The notes under the pieces: model-generated
What the model was told of the DNA's origin: nothing
The model's database searches: none
The model's input: the letters and a program-made list of their open reading frames with translations, nothing else
Shown: one piece after another, positions 25,835 through 34,692 of the stretch
How the letters are laid out: every line of letters starts with the position of its first letter
Position numbering within the stretch: the stretch's first letter is position 1
Program-made: the position numbers and the translations under genes
Source: an uncultured Roseivirgaceae bacterium
Lineage (GTDB): Bacteria > Bacteroidota > Bacteroidia > Cytophagales > Cyclobacteriaceae
Direction of reading: 5' to 3'
Length of the DNA: 44,954 nucleotides
NCBI GenBank assembly: GCA_964583905.1
Contig: CAZOYJ010000003.1
Coordinates: 1 to 44,954, forward strand

Positions 25835-26446
25835 CTATTGCTTCCGAAATCCGGGCAGTGTGAGCTGGAACTTTACGGCCAGCAACCGGATGAAGATGAT
25901 CACCGAAATGGAGATGAGCAGGTTGTAATTCCGCTCCAACGGTGTGTTCAGATCAAGGATCAAATACACAATGGCGCCCGTAAGGCAAGCTGTAGCATAG
26001 ATCTCCTTCCGAAAGATTACCGGAATCTCGTTGGTGAGCGTATCGCGGATTACACCACCCATCACGGCTGTGAACATGCCCATGATGGCGGCAATTTCGG
26101 GACGAACACCGAGGGCAATGGCTTTCTCCACCCCGAGGATAGTGAAGAAGGAAATGCCCAGCGTATCGAACAACAAAAACATTCTACGCCATTTGATGAA
26201 GACGCGGAAGAAAACAATGGCGGCTACAACGCCAATCAGCACAGCGTACAAAAAATTAATGTCACCGATCCATACCAACGGATAACTCCCCAACATGATG
26301 TCGCGTATTGTGCCGCCACCAATAGCGGTGAGAAACCCGGTAAACCCGGCACCAAACCAGTCGTGATCTTTGTCTTGCATAGCCAACGCACCGGAGATGG
26401 CGAAGAAGAACGTGCCGATGAGTTCTAGCGGATATTGAAAGTACAT
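25835..26446 (-). CDS. Trimeric intracellular cation channel family protein (UPF0126/YadS-like)
   Basis: There are two internal repeats, each with a Gly-rich motif (LTAIGGGTIRD and FTAVMGGVIRD), and seven hydrophobic helices. The ORF is trimmed to ATG 26446 (MYFQYPLELIGTFFFAISGALA), because the track extension overlaps the porP-like gene. Confidence 0.85.
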   Translation of the reverse strand: MYFQYPLELIGTFFFAISGALAMQDKDHDWFGAGFTGFLTAIGGGTIRDIMLGSYPLVWIGDINFLYAVLIGVVAAIVFFRVFIKWRRMFLLFDTLGISFFTILGVEKAIALGVRPEIAAIMGMFTAVMGGVIRDTLTNEIPVIFRKEIYATACLTGAIVYLILDLNTPLERNYNLLISISVIIFIRLLAVKFQLTLPGFRKQ

Positions 26447-26468
26447 GGGGCTTAGGGCTGAAGTCTGT

Positions 26469-27536
26469 TCAAAAATCCGGACACGGAATAACCAACTTAT
26501 CCCTCGGTGGTTTGCGCGGATCGCGCATCGGCCAGGTATACACCATGCTGAATTCGTGTGCACCGCCACTGCCTGCTCCTAATTTTGAAATGGTGTAGTC
26601 GTAACTGTAGCCGATGTTGAGCGCCTGCTTGGCGCCAATGTTGGTAAAGCCCAGCAGCAACACAATGGATTCATGGTTCGCATAGTTGTTAACCGGTTTA
26701 ACCGGAATACCCCGGTACCACAACCCCAACACCAACGGTTCGGTAGTAAAATATAATCCAAGATCAAGCTGATCAAACTGTCCCTGGTGCCGGTATTGAA
26801 AAACAGGCGACAAGCTACGCTCAGCATCCTGTGCGTAAATGCCCATACCTTTTACACCCGGTCGCATTTTATATTTAAATCCACCGTGCACAGACAGTTT
26901 GGTTGGCAGCGGACTTTCCTCATCGATGATGGATTGATTCGGTCGGTTTAAATGAAACGCAGCCAATCCAAGCCAGGCATTGCGGGTAAACAACACACCT
27001 CCCAATGATAAATCAATGAAAGTTTTATTGAAATTGGTGTTAAACGTCTCGGCTGTGGTGGGTGAAATAAAATTTCCAGTGGCCGGATCGTACTGATCGC
27101 CAAACGTAAGGCGGTTAAAATTTACATCGCGGTTAAACAAAGCCACCTGGGCTCCCGGACGAAATCCAATGTTTTTCGTAAAGCTGATTTCGTATGCATA
27201 TTGCAACCCCACCTGAAGCGATCGTAACCCGGCAAGTCCCTCAACATCACGGTTGATGATTAATCCTACTCCGCTGCGCTTGTCTTCAATAAAATAATCA
27301 AAGTATGCCGACATGGTGGTGAAGTTAGCGTCAATGGCCGGCCATTGGTTACGGTAGTTAATGCCCGCGCGTGCCTGGTCGGTTGATCCGGTCATGGCCG
27401 GATTCAAATACAAAGGCGCAGCATAAAATTGTGAAAACTGGGGATCCTGTGCTTGACCCTGTGTAGCAGGCACTGTGAGCATACCTGCCAGGAGTATCAA
27501 AAACGTAACTGTATCGGGCAACTTAACCTTCACCAT
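26469..27536 (-). CDS. PorP/SprF-family type IX secretion system membrane protein
   Basis: Signal peptide followed by the hallmark QDPQFSQFYAAPLYLNPAMTG. It has beta-barrel-like alternation to the C-terminus and a typical length of 355 aa. Confidence 0.9.
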   Translation of the reverse strand: MVKVKLPDTVTFLILLAGMLTVPATQGQAQDPQFSQFYAAPLYLNPAMTGSTDQARAGINYRNQWPAIDANFTTMSAYFDYFIEDKRSGVGLIINRDVEGLAGLRSLQVGLQYAYEISFTKNIGFRPGAQVALFNRDVNFNRLTFGDQYDPATGNFISPTTAETFNTNFNKTFIDLSLGGVLFTRNAWLGLAAFHLNRPNQSIIDEESPLPTKLSVHGGFKYKMRPGVKGMGIYAQDAERSLSPVFQYRHQGQFDQLDLGLYFTTEPLVLGLWYRGIPVKPVNNYANHESIVLLLGFTNIGAKQALNIGYSYDYTISKLGAGSGGAHEFSMVYTWPMRDPRKPPRDKLVIPCPDF

Positions 27537-27713
27537 CGGAGCAAATTAAAGCGATTCGGCTTATTTAAAAAACATCGGGCTGTTTAAAAGGTGGATCATT
27601 CGGATTCTTAACGATATTTTTAGGCAAATTGTATACTTTCGTGATGATTGGGCGTTTTTACTTTGCCTAAGTAACAGCTTTATCTTAAGTTTTGATTCCG
27701 GTATCTTAGCAGT

Positions 27714-30700
27714 ATGAAGGTTATGATGAATTTGCGTTGGATGGTGATGTTGTTTTGCTGCCTGGCAGCCGAAAGTTTAGCCCAGGATTTTACGCAACAC
27801 AATTGGTATTTTGGAAACAGCAACACCGCGATCCGCTTCAGCCGGTCGGATAATACCGCTTCGCTTGTTACCAATCAGAAAACTCCTTTTGGTACCGGTG
27901 GCAGCGCAGTGGTTACCAATCCCTACAATGCCGATCTGGTTTTTTACACCGATGGTTCGCGGGTGTACGACATTACCGGAACCTTAACCACCATGCCTAA
28001 TGGTTTCGGGCTCTCCGGGAATACATCGGGAAATCAGCCGGTGGCAATTTGTCCCATTCCGGATGAACCGAATCAATTTTATATTTTCACCAACAGCGCC
28101 AACGGAACTACAGCTGGATCGGTACTGGTGAGTACCGTTGACATGACCCAGTTTGGCAATGCGATATTTCCAGCGCCCGCATCCGGTGATGTGACTGCCA
28201 AAAACCAAGCGTTTGGAATTGCAGCAAACAGCCGCTCAGAAGCGATGCTGATCATTCCACATGCCGATGGCGAAACCTATTGGTTGCTCACCCACGAAAA
28301 CGGCACCGACAATTACACGGTAACGCATATTCAACCGGGCGGCAATTTTGTACACACCACCTTTGCGGGATTAACCGGAGGATTCAATTTAACAGCCAGC
28401 AACTTTGCCTACCATGAAGCCACCGGAAAGATTGCTGTGTCACCACTTACCGTTAACCGCAATGTTGTTATTCTTGATTTTGTTAATACAGCAGGCACCT
28501 TAGCCTTCGATCAGTTTGTTTTTAATTCGGCCAGCACCACTGCAGGTGCATTGTACGATACCGAATGGAGTCCATCCGGAAGGTTCCTTTACATCTCGCG
28601 TTTAAACGACTCGGGTGCCGATGCGCAAGTGCTCCGGTACGATACCTCCAATCCCGGTTCATCGCTCAGCCCGATGTTGACGGCTGCCGTAAACCGGAGC
28701 TACGGTTTACAATTGGCGCCCGACACGGCCATCTACCACATTTATCAGCAAACCGGTGGCGGACCTTTTTTGATTGGTAAACTCACCCAAACCGATAGCG
28801 TGGCAAGCCTGGTGGTACACACACCCATTGCCTTTACGGCAAACCCAAATATTTCCGGAACCCAGTTTCCGTCTTTTGCTCCAGCACCCGAATTCGATTT
28901 GGACATTACCTTTATATCCGCAGGAAACTGCGCTAATGTAGCCACCTCCTTCTATCCTACTGTTATCCCTACAGCCGACAGCCTGCTGTGGGATTTGGGG
29001 GATGGCTCCTTCAGTAGTGAATGGAGTCCGGTGCATACTTACACCAATGGTGGCACCATAAATGTTACCGTCACCGCATTCCTGAACGGGCAGTCTGAAA
29101 GTTTTTCATCGAACATCAACATTACCCAATTTGATTTAACCATAAACCTGGTGGCCGACACAACGGCCTGCGAATGCGAGCTCCCTATCAACAACGGAAT
29201 TCCTCCTTGCCCGAATGACACCAGTGATGACATTCGGATTACTGCCGAAATAAGTGGCGGCACGCCCACCTCCATTATCTGGTCGAATGGCGATACGGGG
29301 CCTACGCTTACACCTGATTCAGCCGGCTATTATTATGTGGTGGTTACCGATGCCAGCGGTTGCAGCACCTACGCAGGAGTGAATGTTCGCGAATACGGCT
29401 TGCAGGATCAACGCGCCAACATCTGGCACTTCGGACAAAATGCCGGCATTGATTTTAACCAGATACCCTCGGTACCGATATCGGGGCCGATCAATTCTCC
29501 GGAAGGTGTGGCGGTTATCTCCAACCGCAATGGAAATGTTATTTTCTCTACAGACGGACAGCGTGTTTTTGATCGTAACAATGTAGACGTAACGCCTGCA
29601 CCCGTGCCTCCCGGTTTGGGTGGCGAACCCGGTGCAACACAAGCCGCCCTGATCATACCCGTACCCGGAGACGAGACCTTGTATTACATCTTCACCACCC
29701 AGGAAGTACACGGCACCGGTATGTACGAATTGCGCTATTCGCTGTTTGATGTTAAACTTAACAATGGCGATGGCGGCATTGCGCAACACAACCAACTTCT
29801 TTTTACGCGCAGTACCGAACGCATTACCGGAAACAATGGCTGGTTAATCGCCCATGAATTCGGAAACAATTCATTCCGGGCGTACCCCATCACATCGAAC
29901 GGTATCGGCAACCCGGTTATTACCAGTATTGGTTCCGATCACTCGCTCAACAATGAAATTTCGGCACGCGGCTACATGAAGTTGGGCTTCAACAACGTAC
30001 TGGCAGTAGCGCTCTCTATACCGGGTGTTTCAAATGTTCTGGAACTATTCGATTTTGATAACGCAACCGGTGTACTCTCCAATTACCGTGTGGCCGATTT
30101 GAACAGTGCCACCGGACAGGTGTATGGCGTTGAATTTGCCGGTAATAAAATTTTCGCCACCCTCACCGGCAGTCCTTCCCTCCTCCGTGAATTTTACATC
30201 GACTACGAAGGCAACCCGGTGCTTATAACGCCCAACGCAGCGCCCGTAGCGGCCGAACTGGGCGCCATTCAACTCGGCCCGGATGGACAACTCTATGTTG
30301 CGGTTAATAACCAATCCTTTCTCGGCACCATACAAGTAAATGCCGACACGTTGCTAACCTCAACCTTTATTTTAAACGGCTATGCGTTGGCCGGAGGAAC
30401 TCAAAGCACACTGGGCCTGCCCAACTTTATTCAAAATGTAGGCGTGGCTCCGCAAGAGCCCGGCATGTTGATTTCCGGATTTTGCTTGGGCGAGCCCACA
30501 GCCTTTACCGGAATTGGCACCGATTCGATCGATGAATTTCAATGGTCGTTTGGCGATGGGTTTGGTTCCGATTCGGCAGTGGTACAACACACTTACGCGG
30601 CAGCAGGCGATTATATCGTTACACTGCGGGTGTTTAACCGTTGCGGATTGGATACGACCATGACGCAGACCATCACCATATTTCCACCGCCAGCTAACCC

Positions 30701-32948
30701 AACTTTCCTTGCACCGGGTGACCAACCCGTAATTTGTGATGGGCTGCTAACGCTCGAAGCTACACCAGCCACCAACCCAGACCTGCCGAACCTTTCCTTC
30801 CTATGGTCAACTACAGAAACAGAACGCACGATTGAGGTATCTCAGCCCGCGATCATCAGCGTGGTCATCACCAACAATGTGAGTGGTTGTACATCCGAGG
30901 GTTCTATTCTGGTTGCTGATAACCGGCCTCCGGTAAACCTGGGCCCCGATCTTACCTATTGCCAAAATGAACCGGTGGCTCCATTGGATGCTTCCAACCC
31001 GAATGCACAGCATGTGTGGACGATCAATGGCGGTGCGGGCAGCACCACCCGATTCCAGTCTGTGGCGAGCAGTGTACCGGGCATATTCGAATACATTGTT
31101 CAGGTTACTGATCCCATAACATCTTGTGTTGTGCGCGATACGGTGGTGTTAACGTTTAGCGAATCACCTCTGTTTACTGCAGTGGCAAATCCCACATCAG
31201 CGTGTTTGGTAAACGATGGTTCCATTGATCTTGAAATTATTTCTCCGGCAACCAGCCTATTCTCCTACACCGTTACCGGGCCTTCAACGGCTGACGGCAT
31301 TGATCGCGCAGCAGGTGTGGTGGTGGATCCGAATCTTACCGCCCTTGCTTCCGGTACCTATGCCGTGGTGGTGATTGACCAGGTTTCGAATTGCGCTACT
31401 ATTGATCTGGTAAGTGTAAACGATAATGCGTTTATGATCAACAGCATTGTTCGGCAAAATACCTGCGACCCGCTGATTCTGGAAGTAGATCACGACAGTG
31501 CATTGCCGTTTACGTTCAGGGTTATTGACGACAACACAGCCCAGGTAGTTACCACCGGCAATGGTAACGGCACGCCTTTCACAACCCCGGGTGTTCCCAG
31601 CGGAACGTATGTGGTAGAAATGACGGCAGGCGGCTGTACGTTTGCCGCTCCGCCTCAAACCTTTACACAAGATGATGTCGTAGCCATTACCGGGTTTACT
31701 ACCGATCCTTGTACCAATCCGATTTCGATAACGGTAAATGGCGGAGCCGGCTGGACCTGGGGCGGACCGGGAATTATCGGCTCGGTGAATACACAAACCA
31801 TTACGGCCAGCGCCCCGGCACAAGGCGATAATGTGTATACCGTTATCGTTACCGAAGCTGGCTTCTGTCCGCTTGACACCGCTGTTACCGTGTTCGTTAA
31901 CAACAACATCGCAGCCGATTTCGACCAAACCGATGCCTGTGCCGATCAGGTTACCTTAACCGCTACAGCAACCCCAACCGCCACCTACAATTATGTGTGG
32001 TTCCGAAACGGGTTGCAAATTCCGGGCGGGCAATCGATACTCGCTAACCATCCCGCAGACAATGGCGCCAATTACCAGGTTACAGTAATCAACCCGGCTA
32101 CGGGCTGCCAGGTAATTTCTCCGATAAAACAGGTTTTTGTTACAGGCGATTTGCAACTGTCGATGACCACCACCCCGCCCTGTACAGGGCAACCGTTTAC
32201 CATAACAGCATCCAGCACCCAGCCCGGAACAAATTTCACGTGGGCGCTGAACGGAACGCCTATTGCAGGTGCAACCCAACCTACGCTGGTTGCCAACAGT
32301 GCCGGCTTGTACCGGTTAACCGGAACCTTGCCGGGATGTTCGCGTTTCATCGAAAACCAGATTGTATTGTTCCCCTCCACTCCGGGTTCACTTCCAGACC
32401 GCGCCTTAATTTGCCCGGATCCCGGCAACCCCGATCCCAATACCCAACAAGTGGTGCTGGATGCCGGGACAAACTTTGTCAGCTACGATTGGTACCGCAA
32501 CGGGGCCCAGCAAAATGTGTTCACGCAAACGTTTACCGCTTTTGATGCCGGCCTGTACCGGGTGGTGTTACAAAACTCATTCGGATGTGAAACGATAGAC
32601 GAAACCCAGGTAGTGGAAGAGTGTAAACCCAGACTGGTTGCGCCCAACGCCTTCCGCCCGGGCAGCAACGTGGTAAATCCGGGTGATCCTGACCGATCCA
32701 ATTCCGATTTCTGGGTGTTGCCGTTGTTTATAGATCCGGATGGTTTCGAAATCTTTATTTTCAACCGCTGGGGCGAGATGGTTTTTCAGTCGAAGGACAG
32801 CAACTTCCGCTGGAATGGCGGGTACAACAACAACGTAGCGCAATTGCTTCCCGCAGGCACCTACACCTACGTGGTAAAATACAAGAGTGTTTACAGGCCG
32901 CAGGATGGGATTCAGGAAAAACGGGGTGGTGTGCTGCTGGTACGGTAA
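27714..32948 (+). CDS. Giant T9SS cargo / cell-surface adhesin: two beta-propeller-like modules, two PKD domains, Cys-containing Ig/SprB-like repeats and a type-B (gliding-motility) C-terminal sorting domain
   Basis: It has a signal peptide. NWYFG (nt 27801) and IWHFGQNAGIDF (nt 29421) start the two modules. The PKD signatures are WDLGDGS...HTY...G.INVTV (nt 28989) and WSFGDGF...HTY...GDYIVTLRV (nt 30543). There is a SprB-repeat-like CLVNDGSIDLEI. The C-terminal ~105 aa read APNAFRPG...FEIFIFNRWGEMVFQS...WNGGY...LPAGTYTYVVKY...GGVLLVR. Confidence 0.9.
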   Translation: MKVMMNLRWMVMLFCCLAAESLAQDFTQHNWYFGNSNTAIRFSRSDNTASLVTNQKTPFGTGGSAVVTNPYNADLVFYTDGSRVYDITGTLTTMPNGFGLSGNTSGNQPVAICPIPDEPNQFYIFTNSANGTTAGSVLVSTVDMTQFGNAIFPAPASGDVTAKNQAFGIAANSRSEAMLIIPHADGETYWLLTHENGTDNYTVTHIQPGGNFVHTTFAGLTGGFNLTASNFAYHEATGKIAVSPLTVNRNVVILDFVNTAGTLAFDQFVFNSASTTAGALYDTEWSPSGRFLYISRLNDSGADAQVLRYDTSNPGSSLSPMLTAAVNRSYGLQLAPDTAIYHIYQQTGGGPFLIGKLTQTDSVASLVVHTPIAFTANPNISGTQFPSFAPAPEFDLDITFISAGNCANVATSFYPTVIPTADSLLWDLGDGSFSSEWSPVHTYTNGGTINVTVTAFLNGQSESFSSNINITQFDLTINLVADTTACECELPINNGIPPCPNDTSDDIRITAEISGGTPTSIIWSNGDTGPTLTPDSAGYYYVVVTDASGCSTYAGVNVREYGLQDQRANIWHFGQNAGIDFNQIPSVPISGPINSPEGVAVISNRNGNVIFSTDGQRVFDRNNVDVTPAPVPPGLGGEPGATQAALIIPVPGDETLYYIFTTQEVHGTGMYELRYSLFDVKLNNGDGGIAQHNQLLFTRSTERITGNNGWLIAHEFGNNSFRAYPITSNGIGNPVITSIGSDHSLNNEISARGYMKLGFNNVLAVALSIPGVSNVLELFDFDNATGVLSNYRVADLNSATGQVYGVEFAGNKIFATLTGSPSLLREFYIDYEGNPVLITPNAAPVAAELGAIQLGPDGQLYVAVNNQSFLGTIQVNADTLLTSTFILNGYALAGGTQSTLGLPNFIQNVGVAPQEPGMLISGFCLGEPTAFTGIGTDSIDEFQWSFGDGFGSDSAVVQHTYAAAGDYIVTLRVFNRCGLDTTMTQTITIFPPPANPTFLAPGDQPVICDGLLTLEATPATNPDLPNLSFLWSTTETERTIEVSQPAIISVVITNNVSGCTSEGSILVADNRPPVNLGPDLTYCQNEPVAPLDASNPNAQHVWTINGGAGSTTRFQSVASSVPGIFEYIVQVTDPITSCVVRDTVVLTFSESPLFTAVANPTSACLVNDGSIDLEIISPATSLFSYTVTGPSTADGIDRAAGVVVDPNLTALASGTYAVVVIDQVSNCATIDLVSVNDNAFMINSIVRQNTCDPLILEVDHDSALPFTFRVIDDNTAQVVTTGNGNGTPFTTPGVPSGTYVVEMTAGGCTFAAPPQTFTQDDVVAITGFTTDPCTNPISITVNGGAGWTWGGPGIIGSVNTQTITASAPAQGDNVYTVIVTEAGFCPLDTAVTVFVNNNIAADFDQTDACADQVTLTATATPTATYNYVWFRNGLQIPGGQSILANHPADNGANYQVTVINPATGCQVISPIKQVFVTGDLQLSMTTTPPCTGQPFTITASSTQPGTNFTWALNGTPIAGATQPTLVANSAGLYRLTGTLPGCSRFIENQIVLFPSTPGSLPDRALICPDPGNPDPNTQQVVLDAGTNFVSYDWYRNGAQQNVFTQTFTAFDAGLYRVVLQNSFGCETIDETQVVEECKPRLVAPNAFRPGSNVVNPGDPDRSNSDFWVLPLFIDPDGFEIFIFNRWGEMVFQSKDSNFRWNGGYNNNVAQLLPAGTYTYVVKYKSVYRPQDGIQEKRGGVLLVR

Positions 32949-33028
32949 TCGTTGATCGGTTTACCGTGATCTAAGTCACATTCTTTAACCGGGAACTACT
33001 TTAACTTTGTGGTGTTATCCCTTAACGT

Positions 33029-33250
33029 ATGAAGACAATCATCATCAAGTGGAGCATTGGTATTGCGCTGGGCGCGATGGGAGGCTTTTTGTATTGGTAT
33101 TATATCGGGTGTAACAGCGGCAGCTGTGCCATTACCTCCTCACCCATAAACAGCACCTTGTACGGTGGCCTCATGGGCGGCCTGTTGCTGAATGCATTTG
33201 AACCTTCCAAAAAGAAAACCGATGAAACTCAAAAAACGACTGATTCGTAA
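33029..33250 (+). CDS. Small two-TM membrane protein with a G-C-x-S-G-x-C loop (resembles the DUF6132 family)
   Basis: 73 aa with two hydrophobic helices (WSIGIALGAMGGFLYWYYIG and LYGGLMGGLLLNAF) flanking CNSGSCAITSSP. The family assignment is from memory. Confidence 0.5.
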   Translation: MKTIIIKWSIGIALGAMGGFLYWYYIGCNSGSCAITSSPINSTLYGGLMGGLLLNAFEPSKKKTDETQKTTDS

Positions 33251-33416
33251 AGATCACCGCGATTACGAAACCATTGCCGGGCAAATCCAAAGTGCCGATA
33301 GTGTGGTAGGCATTGACGCCAAACACACGCATATTATCATCATCAAAAAACTTATGGAGTTGGAAGACAAGCTGAAAGCCATTGAAAAGAAACTCCGGAA
33401 AATCGAGAAGAAATAA
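33222..33416 (+). CDS. Hypothetical small basic coiled-coil protein
   Basis: ATG 33222 gives MKLKKRLIRKDHRDYETIAGQIQSADSVVGIDAKHTHIIIIKKLMELEDKLKAIEKKLRKIEKK. It overlaps the upstream gene by 29 nt and ends 7 nt before the next start. Only tight packing supports it. Confidence 0.35.
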   Translation: MKLKKRLIRKDHRDYETIAGQIQSADSVVGIDAKHTHIIIIKKLMELEDKLKAIEKKLRKIEKK

Positions 33417-33423
33417 TTTGGCG

Positions 33424-33996
33424 ATGAATTCAACGGCTAACACATTTTTCATTTTTGCACTGGCTGTACTGCTGCTCTCGGCCTGTACCCAAAAACAAGA
33501 TCAATCCGTAGCAGAAATTATTCCGGATTCGGTTTACCTCAATCGGGGTAATGCGTTAGTAGCGATGACGTTTGACACCCTTCGCCATTCCTTGCTGGCC
33601 GCTGTTGGCGAACATGGTTTTCCATACGCCATTACGTTTTGCAACGAGCACGCTGAATCGCTCACCTCAACCTACGCTGAAAATGACGCGACCATCAGGC
33701 GGGCTTCCATGCGGTATCGCAACCCGTTAAATGAACCCGATAGCCTGGAGCGGATAATCTTCACGCAATTTGAAAAAGAAGGTCCTTCTACCAAAATTAT
33801 CCTTACCCAAGGCGAAGTACATTTCATTAAGCCCATTTTTATGCAGGCCATGTGCCTGAATTGTCATGGCATTCCGAACGAACAAATTCTTCCGGAAACC
33901 CTGGAGAAAATCCGCGATAGCTACCCGGCCGATCAGGCTACCGGGTATGCCGAAGGCGATCTGCGGGGCATCTGGCATATAGTCTTCCGGCAATAG
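33424..33996 (+). CDS. DUF3365 (Tll0287-like) domain lipoprotein with a c-type heme CxxCH site
   Basis: The ORF is trimmed to ATG 33424, giving the lipobox LLLSAC. It has CLNCHG and the family C-terminus IRDSYPADQATGYAEGDLRGIWHIVF. Confidence 0.7.
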   Translation: MNSTANTFFIFALAVLLLSACTQKQDQSVAEIIPDSVYLNRGNALVAMTFDTLRHSLLAAVGEHGFPYAITFCNEHAESLTSTYAENDATIRRASMRYRNPLNEPDSLERIIFTQFEKEGPSTKIILTQGEVHFIKPIFMQAMCLNCHGIPNEQILPETLEKIRDSYPADQATGYAEGDLRGIWHIVFRQ

Positions 33997-34091
33997 CCGA
34001 TGTTTAATTTTTTTATCGGTGACTAATATCACTTTCTGCGGGGTGTAAACTTTCGACCTTTGCACTTTCAATCGATCACTAATTTCAATAT

Positions 34092-34412
34092 ATGTTTGGA
34101 TTATTTGCCACTAAAAATTACGAGAACCTGAAGGGGAAAGACTTTAAGGCGAAGTTCGTTGCAACGCACAATGCGATTTTGTTGGATGTTCGTACTCCGG
34201 GTGAATTCCGTTCAGGAAGCATCAAAGGCGCGCGTAACCTCAACATGATGTCGCCTGCATTTGTAAGTCAGGTTGAAACCCTGGATAAGAACAAAGAATA
34301 CTTTTTGTTTTGCCGCTCGGGTAACCGCAGCGCACAGGCCTGCCATTATATGGCGAAGAAAGGATTTAAAGTGTACAACCTGGCCGGGTCACCCAACGAC
34401 TGGCCGGCCTGA
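34092..34412 (+). CDS. Single-domain rhodanese-like sulfurtransferase
   Basis: 106 aa with LLDVRTPGEF and the active-site loop CRSGNRS. Confidence 0.85.
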   Translation: MFGLFATKNYENLKGKDFKAKFVATHNAILLDVRTPGEFRSGSIKGARNLNMMSPAFVSQVETLDKNKEYFLFCRSGNRSAQACHYMAKKGFKVYNLAGSPNDWPA

Positions 34413-34434
34413 TTGTACGTTGGGGTTTGGTTTG

Positions 34435-34470
34435 AAGCCGCTTCCGGAAACGGGGCGGCTTCTTTTTTTC
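34435..34470 (+). terminator. Rho-independent terminator after the rhodanese gene
   Basis: The stem gaagccgc (34435-34442) / gcggcttc (34456-34463) is followed by TTTTTTT. Confidence 0.8.
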
Positions 34471-34608
34471 GGTCTTCTGAACTTTGACAATAAAAACCTA
34501 CGCTGGAGAACATAAGCCAATAAGGTGGGTTGAGGTGATTGGCGTACTGGTTACTAAGGTAAGGTAATAAGGTCTATTTTAAAGGAATCTTAAGTAACTT
34601 ACTATTCA

Positions 34609-34678
34609 CGAAACCTCCGAGGTTTCGGACTCCTCAGCAATAGGTTTGTCGCTTCACTATTTTAAACCTCGGAGGTTT
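34609..34678. repeat. Two small palindromic hairpins in mutually inverted orientation (CGAAACCTCCGAGGTTTCG and AAACCTCGGAGGTTT)
   Basis: Copy 1 is at 34609-34627 and copy 2 at 34664-34678. The cores cctccgagg and cctcggagg are reverse complements. They lie in the convergent spacer between the rhodanese gene and the AddB-like gene. Copy 2 is followed by TTTTT on the plus strand. Confidence 0.7.
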
Positions 34679-34692
34679 TTAAGGATACAATT

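Noticed and set aside
25832-26428. 198-aa plus-strand ORF.
   Set aside because: It is antisense to the TRIC-family channel gene and no motif was recognised.
28700-32850. Many 60-214-aa ORFs on both strands inside 27714-32948 (for example 31284-31928).
   Set aside because: All are nested in or antisense to the 1744-aa adhesin ORF, whose PKD and CTD motifs fix the real frame.
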